Source: an uncultured Bacilli bacterium (GTDB taxonomy: Bacteria; Bacillota_I; Bacilli_A; RF39; UBA660). From it: DNA of 54,110 nt. Below, piece after piece: positions 47,791 through 54,110 of this stretch. Where the stretch lies: contig CANQTT010000003.1 in assembly GCA_947626855.1 (NCBI GenBank), forward strand, positions 1 through 54,110. Reading direction: 5' to 3'. Below the pieces are notes generated by a model that ran no database searches, was not told where the DNA came from, and saw only the letters and a list, made by a program, of their open reading frames with translations. The position numbers were made by a program, and so were the translations under genes. Each line of letters starts with the position of its first letter. The first letter of the stretch is position 1.

Positions 47791-48238
47791 TCAAAATTTC
47801 CTCATATTTTTCGAGAACTTGACTACTGATAGAAGAAATAACAACAGTATCTTCCGTACTTTCCAAAATAGCATCATAATTTTTTAATGCCTCTAAAAAA
47901 GTAGGATTGGAAACTAAGAATTCCTCTGTATACGTATTATATCCCAAAGAACTATAATAATTATTAAGCTTTATTAAATTTTTAGAATTTTTCGTAATTC
48001 CAATATATACATCATAATTGCCATTATTCTCTTTATAAATGTAATTTGGTAAAGATAATGTATTTTTCTCCATTTCGTCTAAAGAAGAATACGTATCATA
48101 TTTAATAAAGTAAAGCATATCCCCCGTACTAGAAGTAAATTTTATCCCCTCATAAGAATCGTATTGTTCCAAAAATAACTTCGCTAAAAAAAAGCCAACT
48201 ACTAATGCAACAGATATGGACAATAGATATTTTTTCAT
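47774..48238 (-). CDS. Hypothetical membrane-anchored protein (SPOR-like; spoIIB position)
   Basis: N-terminal TM. Sits before radC, with a sigma-E-like ATA-17-AATACAAT upstream. Confidence 0.6.
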   Translation of the reverse strand: MKKYLLSISVALVVGFFLAKLFLEQYDSYEGIKFTSSTGDMLYFIKYDTYSSLDEMEKNTLSLPNYIYKENNGNYDVYIGITKNSKNLIKLNNYYSSLGYNTYTEEFLVSNPTFLEALKNYDAILESTEDTVVISSISSQVLEKYEEILNDSED

Positions 48239-48375
48239 AGTATCACCATATTTATTGTATTAAAGGAAACTGTCGTTTTATGTCATATATAGGTCGAATT
48301 ATTCAATATAGTAGTATAACGTCGGTTTCTTGGAAAGTCAATGAAATTCCAAAAAAAGCCGACATTTCGTCGACT

Positions 48376-50643
48376 TTACTCTTCTGAATCTCCGTATTTG
48401 ACAAGTACTTCTCTAGGTTTAGAACCATTTTGAGGTCCTACAATTCCCCTTTCTTCTAATAAATCGATACATCTAGCTGCTCTATTATATCCCAATCGAA
48501 AACGTCTTTGAATAAGAGAAGTACTAGCTTTTCCCTGTTCTACTACAAAATCTACAATTTGATCATAGAGAGGCTCTTCAAAAGCATCTGATTTTCCTTC
48601 CACACCCGTAATAGCATGTTCTTCCTCTTGTGTTTGTTCTAAGGATTTATCATAATTGGCTTTCTGCTGACGGCAGACAAAATCTACAATGGCTTTTGTT
48701 TCTTCCTCAGAGATAAAAGTTCCTTGAATACGAATTGGTGTATTGATACCTTGGGGAAGAAAAAGCATATCTCCTTTTCCTAATAATTTTTCTGCACCAA
48801 TCATATCCAAAATCGTTCGAGAATCGATTCCAGAAGATACAGCAAAAGAAATACGAGATGGAATATTCGCTTTAACAACTCCTGTGATAACATCCGTAGA
48901 AGGTCTTTGCGTTGCTACAATCAAATGGATACCAGCAGCACGAGCCATTTGCGTAATTCTCATAATAGAATCCTCTACTTCTTTCGCTGCGACTAACATC
49001 AAATCCGCTAACTCATCAATAATTACCACAATATAAGGCATCAATTTGACTTGTTCCTCTTTTGGTCTCGTCTCATTTTCCTTCATCAAATGTTCATTAT
49101 AACTAGTGATGTTTTTTGTTCCACTCTGTTCAAAAATATCATATCGATGTTCCATCTCAGCTACAATCTTTTGAAGAACAAGATTTGCTTTTTTCGGATC
49201 AGTCACAACTGGTGTTAATAAATGAGGAACACCATTATAGACAGAAAGTTCTACTTTCTTAGGATCTACCAATACTAATTTTACTTCATCTGGTTTCGTT
49301 CTCATCAAAATAGAAGCTAAGATACTATTGATACAGACAGATTTACCACTACCAGTAGATCCAGCTACTAATAAGTGAGGCATTTTATTAATCTCTAAAT
49401 AGCGGCATTCTCCTTCAATATCTTTTCCTAAAACAGCTAATAATTTTTTATTCAAAGATTTATCTTCTTCATTAGCCTTTTGTAAGACTTCCCTTACACT
49501 AACCATAGATATGGTTGCATTCGGTAATTCAATACCAACCGTATTCTTTCCTGGAATTGGTGCCTGAATACGAACATCTTTAGCGGCAAGAGAAAGAGCA
49601 ATCTCACGGTTTAATCCTAAGATTTTACTAACTCTAGTTCCCGCCTTAATCTCTAATTCGTATTGGGTAACAGCTGGTCCAACCTTTGCTCTTACTACTT
49701 TTGCCTCTATTCCAAAATCTCTAAGAACTTGTTCCAAAGTTGGAATATTCTTTTTGATTGCTTCCTGATTTTCTTTATTACTATTCTTAGTAGGCTTTGT
49801 AAGAATATTTAAAGGTGGATATTCCCAATGCGTTGCTTCTCGTACAACCTCTACTTCGGTTACTTCCCCTGTTTCTTCATTAATAACCGTTTCTACTGGA
49901 GCTTGATGAAGTTCTTCTCGAGGAATTACCTTTCGATTATCTTCCTCTTCAAAGTTGTCTTCCTCCTCCTCTTCTTCTTCCTCTTCTTCGTCATCATCTT
50001 CTTTACTAGAATGTTCAAAACTATTCTTCATCTTGCCTACTTTTTCCTTTGCTTTTACCAAAGTATCGTAAATAGAAATACCAGTAAACATTAAAATACC
50101 ACAAATGATTAACGCAATAGAGACAACAATTGCTCCATTAAGAGTTAAAAGAGCTACAAAGATACTGGAAAAAATGGCTCCAATCACGCCGCCTCCTAAA
50201 TTCGACATAGAAGCGATTAGAGTATTCGCATCACTCTTAATAAATTGCATAATGCTATCGATGGTTGCACCCACAACACTGATTGTATCATCTACAAATT
50301 TAAACTTCGTAACATCAATATTCTCTAAATTACGGATATAAGCAGTATGAGATAGTATTAAAATAGATATTAAAATGATATAAAGGCCCAAAAACTTCAT
50401 ATTTAAAAAATCTGGTCTTTCTCTTTTAATAATCATAAAAATACCACATACACCTACAAACACTAAAAACAAAGCCCACCATGTTCCTACGAGGAAAGCA
50501 GCGAATCCTTTGATAATATCAGCTACTGGGCCAAAAGGACAACAACCTATAATAGCGATTAAGACTAATCCAAAACCTTTTAGTTCTGAAAGGTTTGTTG
50601 TTTTTTCCTTTGTTGTATCTTTTCTTTTTTTATTCTTTGCCAT
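48376..50643 (-). CDS. ftsK: DNA translocase FtsK/SpoIIIE
   Basis: 4TM N-domain, PHLLVAGSTGSGKS, IDELADLM, ATQRPS, gamma domain QRRFRLGYNRAAR. Confidence 0.95.
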   Translation of the reverse strand: MAKNKKRKDTTKEKTTNLSELKGFGLVLIAIIGCCPFGPVADIIKGFAAFLVGTWWALFLVFVGVCGIFMIIKRERPDFLNMKFLGLYIILISILILSHTAYIRNLENIDVTKFKFVDDTISVVGATIDSIMQFIKSDANTLIASMSNLGGGVIGAIFSSIFVALLTLNGAIVVSIALIICGILMFTGISIYDTLVKAKEKVGKMKNSFEHSSKEDDDEEEEEEEEEEDNFEEEDNRKVIPREELHQAPVETVINEETGEVTEVEVVREATHWEYPPLNILTKPTKNSNKENQEAIKKNIPTLEQVLRDFGIEAKVVRAKVGPAVTQYELEIKAGTRVSKILGLNREIALSLAAKDVRIQAPIPGKNTVGIELPNATISMVSVREVLQKANEEDKSLNKKLLAVLGKDIEGECRYLEINKMPHLLVAGSTGSGKSVCINSILASILMRTKPDEVKLVLVDPKKVELSVYNGVPHLLTPVVTDPKKANLVLQKIVAEMEHRYDIFEQSGTKNITSYNEHLMKENETRPKEEQVKLMPYIVVIIDELADLMLVAAKEVEDSIMRITQMARAAGIHLIVATQRPSTDVITGVVKANIPSRISFAVSSGIDSRTILDMIGAEKLLGKGDMLFLPQGINTPIRIQGTFISEEETKAIVDFVCRQQKANYDKSLEQTQEEEHAITGVEGKSDAFEEPLYDQIVDFVVEQGKASTSLIQRRFRLGYNRAARCIDLLEERGIVGPQNGSKPREVLVKYGDSEE

Positions 50644-50710
50644 ATCATCACCCTACAATATTAGTATACCATAAAAAAAGAATCTAAGAGAAGAAAAAAA
50701 GAAAATAGAG

Positions 50711-50881
50711 TTAACTATTGTCAGCTCTATTTTCTGTATCCTCTAAGTTATCTTGATAAATATCGACGATTTTTGGGGCTACAAAAATAATTAACAAAAC
50801 GATGATAATCACAATGAAGATATACATAGGCATAGGATTCTTCATATGAGGATCCTTATCAGTCCCAATTTTATCTATCAT
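50711..50881 (-). CDS. Small single-pass membrane protein (56 aa)
   Basis: Hand-translated MIDKIGTDKDPHMKNPMPMYIFIVIIIVLLIIFVAPKIVDIY..., with a GGGAGG RBS inside the last eno codons. A terminator hairpin at 50701-50734 overlaps the stop. Confidence 0.6.
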   Translation of the reverse strand: MIDKIGTDKDPHMKNPMPMYIFIVIIIVLLIIFVAPKIVDIYQDNLEDTENRADNS

Positions 50882-50884
50882 TTT

Positions 50885-52141
<1,257 letters not shown>

Positions 52142-52177
52142 TTACCATAATTCCCTGGAAATGAGAATATTTTAGGA

Positions 52178-52204
52178 ATAATAATGAAAGGATTTACATA
52201 CATT
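52178..52204 (+). promoter_or_regulatory. sigma-E-like sporulation promoter
   Basis: ATA-16 bp-CATACATT upstream of spoIIIAH. Confidence 0.55.
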
Positions 52205-52228
52205 TTAGAGAAAACTAGGAGGAATCAT

Positions 52229-52726
52229 ATGATAAACAAAAAAGGTGTTTGGTTTTTAACATTATTTAGTTTAATTCTCGTACTAAGTGTCTACTACATC
52301 ACGATGCCACCAGAATTACTTATTACCAACAAAAAAGAAAAGGCAGATTCTAATTCAACACCTGTTGCAAACATCGAAGAAAGTAGTATTTTAGTCGCTT
52401 TGCGAGTAGAAGCAGATGAAGAAATGGAAGAAGAAATGGCAACCTTAAAAAAAATTATCAGTAGTGCGGATAGTACTGTAGAAGAAAAGAATAAAGCCTT
52501 TGAAAAAATCAAAGAACTCAATTCTACTAGAAGTATCGAAGAGACGATTGAATCTAAAATAGAAAGTTCTTTTCAATTAAAATCTTTTGTAAAAATTAAT
52601 GGAAATAACATCGAAGTTATCGTTCATAAAAGTGATCATGACAGTGCCCTTGCCAACGATATTATGAGAACCGTCCAAGCGGAATTTGATACTTCCAAAA
52701 ATATTACCGTAAAGTTTCAAAAGTAG
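52229..52726 (+). CDS. spoIIIAH: Stage III sporulation protein AH-like
   Basis: N-terminus KKGVWFLTLFSLILVLSVYYIT matches SpoIIIAH. Start at MINKK behind AGGAGG. Confidence 0.85.
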   Translation: MINKKGVWFLTLFSLILVLSVYYITMPPELLITNKKEKADSNSTPVANIEESSILVALRVEADEEMEEEMATLKKIISSADSTVEEKNKAFEKIKELNSTRSIEETIESKIESSFQLKSFVKINGNNIEVIVHKSDHDSALANDIMRTVQAEFDTSKNITVKFQK

Positions 52727-52738
52727 ATGGATTTAGAC

Positions 52739-52764
52739 ACCAAATACATTTTTTCTCATACAAT
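52739..52764 (+). promoter_or_regulatory. sigma-K-like promoter of gerE
   Basis: AC-16 bp-CATACAAT. Confidence 0.55.
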
Positions 52765-52807
52765 ATTATGAATAATATAAACCACCCTATCAGGAAGTGA
52801 GGGAGCA

Positions 52808-53014
52808 ATGAGAAAAAATATTTTGACAAATCGAGAAAAAGAAGTATTTGATTTATTAATTCAAAATTATACTACCAAAGAAATTGCCAAAAAGTTAAAA
52901 ATCAGTGAAAAAACAGTTCGAAACCATATCTCCAATACGATTCAAAAAATTGGGGTAAAAGGTCGAGCTGCTGCTGTCGTAGAATTATTAAGACTAGGAG
53001 AAATTTCTTTATAA
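52808..53014 (+). CDS. gerE: Late mother-cell regulator GerE (stand-alone LuxR HTH)
   Basis: LT.REKEVF.LL.Q..TTKEIA..L.ISEKTVRNHISN..QK.GVKGR..AVVELLR.GE, closely matching Bacillus GerE. Confidence 0.88.
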   Translation: MRKNILTNREKEVFDLLIQNYTTKEIAKKLKISEKTVRNHISNTIQKIGVKGRAAAVVELLRLGEISL

Positions 53015-53061
53015 AATGCATTTCTATGCATTTTTTTCATATACTCTACTAAGGTGATTGC

Positions 53062-54018
53062 ATGCTAAAGAAAATGTCTATTAAAAAAATTATTACCTCC
53101 TCTATTGTCCTTATGATTGTCTTTCTTATCTATCTCATTCCTAATACCCCCCAAGAAGAAAAAACAATCGAAACGTCTATTGAATATGTAAATCAAACGA
53201 TTAAAACCCATACGATTTATCTATTAGATAACAACAATTACCTAAGTAGAACTACTGTCAAAATCAATTCGGAAGAACCACAAAAAATCTGCCAAGAATT
53301 ACTAGAAACGATGATAGACGAAGGAAAAAATAGTGATCAAATCCCTAGTGGCTTTAGACCTATCATCCCTAGCAATACCAAAATTAACACCTTATCTCTA
53401 GTAGATGGGACCTTAAAAGTAGATTTCTCAAAAGATTTCTTAAATACTTCTAAAGAATTAGAAGAACGTCTTTTAGAAGGAGTGGTTTATACCCTAACAA
53501 GTGTAGAAGGAGTAGAAAATATTATTCTTTTCATCGATGGAGAAATTTTAACGAAATTACCACAGAATAATATCCAATTGCCAGCTACTTTAAATCGTCA
53601 AATCGGAATTAATAAAAACTTTCAAATTACGAGTACAAAAGATATTACTTCTACAACCGTTTACTATATCCATAAATATAATGATGACTATTACTATACC
53701 CCTGTTACTACTTTCAGTAATGATTCCAGAGAAAAAATTGAAATCATCATCGATCAATTGGAAAATACCATTAGTGATCAAAATCTGATGAGCTTTTTAA
53801 ATAGCAAAACCCAATTAACGGATTTTTCTATCGATGAAAATAAAATGATTGTCTGCTTTGATGAATATATTTTTGATGATTTTGATACCCAAAACATCTT
53901 AGAAGAAGTCCTTTATACCATTTCTCTTTCCATCTATGATAACTATCCGGTTGAGGAAGTGATTTTTGAAGTAAACTCACAAGAAATTGCGAAAACTACT
54001 TTAAAATCTCTTGAATAA
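53062..54018 (+). CDS. gerM: GerMN-domain sporulation/germination protein
   Basis: IPSGFR.IIP.NTK, VDFSK.F, VYTLT, Y.PVT, two GerMN domains. CATATACT box upstream. Confidence 0.85.
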   Translation: MLKKMSIKKIITSSIVLMIVFLIYLIPNTPQEEKTIETSIEYVNQTIKTHTIYLLDNNNYLSRTTVKINSEEPQKICQELLETMIDEGKNSDQIPSGFRPIIPSNTKINTLSLVDGTLKVDFSKDFLNTSKELEERLLEGVVYTLTSVEGVENIILFIDGEILTKLPQNNIQLPATLNRQIGINKNFQITSTKDITSTTVYYIHKYNDDYYYTPVTTFSNDSREKIEIIIDQLENTISDQNLMSFLNSKTQLTDFSIDENKMIVCFDEYIFDDFDTQNILEEVLYTISLSIYDNYPVEEVIFEVNSQEIAKTTLKSLE

Positions 54019-54039
54019 TCCTATCTTTTATTGTATAAT
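54011..54039 (+). promoter_or_regulatory. sigma-A promoter for a gene beyond the window
   Basis: TTGAAT-17-TATAAT with TG extension, followed by a long hairpin at 54067-54109. Confidence 0.55.
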
Positions 54040-54110
54040 CCTGAATTTATCAGTTTTATAAAGTCAAAGCCTCCCAAGCCCTTTGTTTATAAGGATTTGA
54101 GAGGTTTTTA

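Noticed and set aside
49940..50000. Glu/Asp-rich tract in ftsK as a contingency repeat
   Set aside because: It is an in-frame, mixed-codon, low-complexity linker typical of FtsK.

Overview
A 54-kb, AT-rich chromosomal window from a low-GC Firmicute (Bacilli). TGA is read as stop (mreC ends in TGA overlapping the mreD ATG), and the gene style suggests a reduced-genome gut lineage such as RF39 (inference). The left ~10 kb is accessory, defence-type DNA. It holds an unannotated Thr-rich leader peptide with terminator, a decapitated CBASS CD-NTase (AGS-C domain), and an AlbA/Schlafen-ATPase-wHTH gene bracketed by two homologous ~60-bp 'cgctcca-hairpin' repeats with 11-bp operator arrays. It also holds a complete but apparently effector-less retron (msr-msd plus RT) and a co-oriented run of alpha/beta hydrolase, possible ART-fold protein, attenuator-controlled HD-HD-kinase fusion and ADP-ribosylglycohydrolase. 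The middle carries a duplicated polysaccharide deacetylase, an HhH-glycosylase/queuosine-salvage fusion, a two-component system with an ABC exporter, rarA, two mosaic InlB-repeat surface proteins, dapA/dapL/dapF, and two giant paralogous proteins with a shared C-terminal domain followed by a small OB-fold gene. The right end is core DNA (rny, recA, mreCD, radC, ftsK, eno) plus a compact sporulation cluster (spoIIIAH, gerE, gerM). All calls come from motif reading by eye; no database searches were run.
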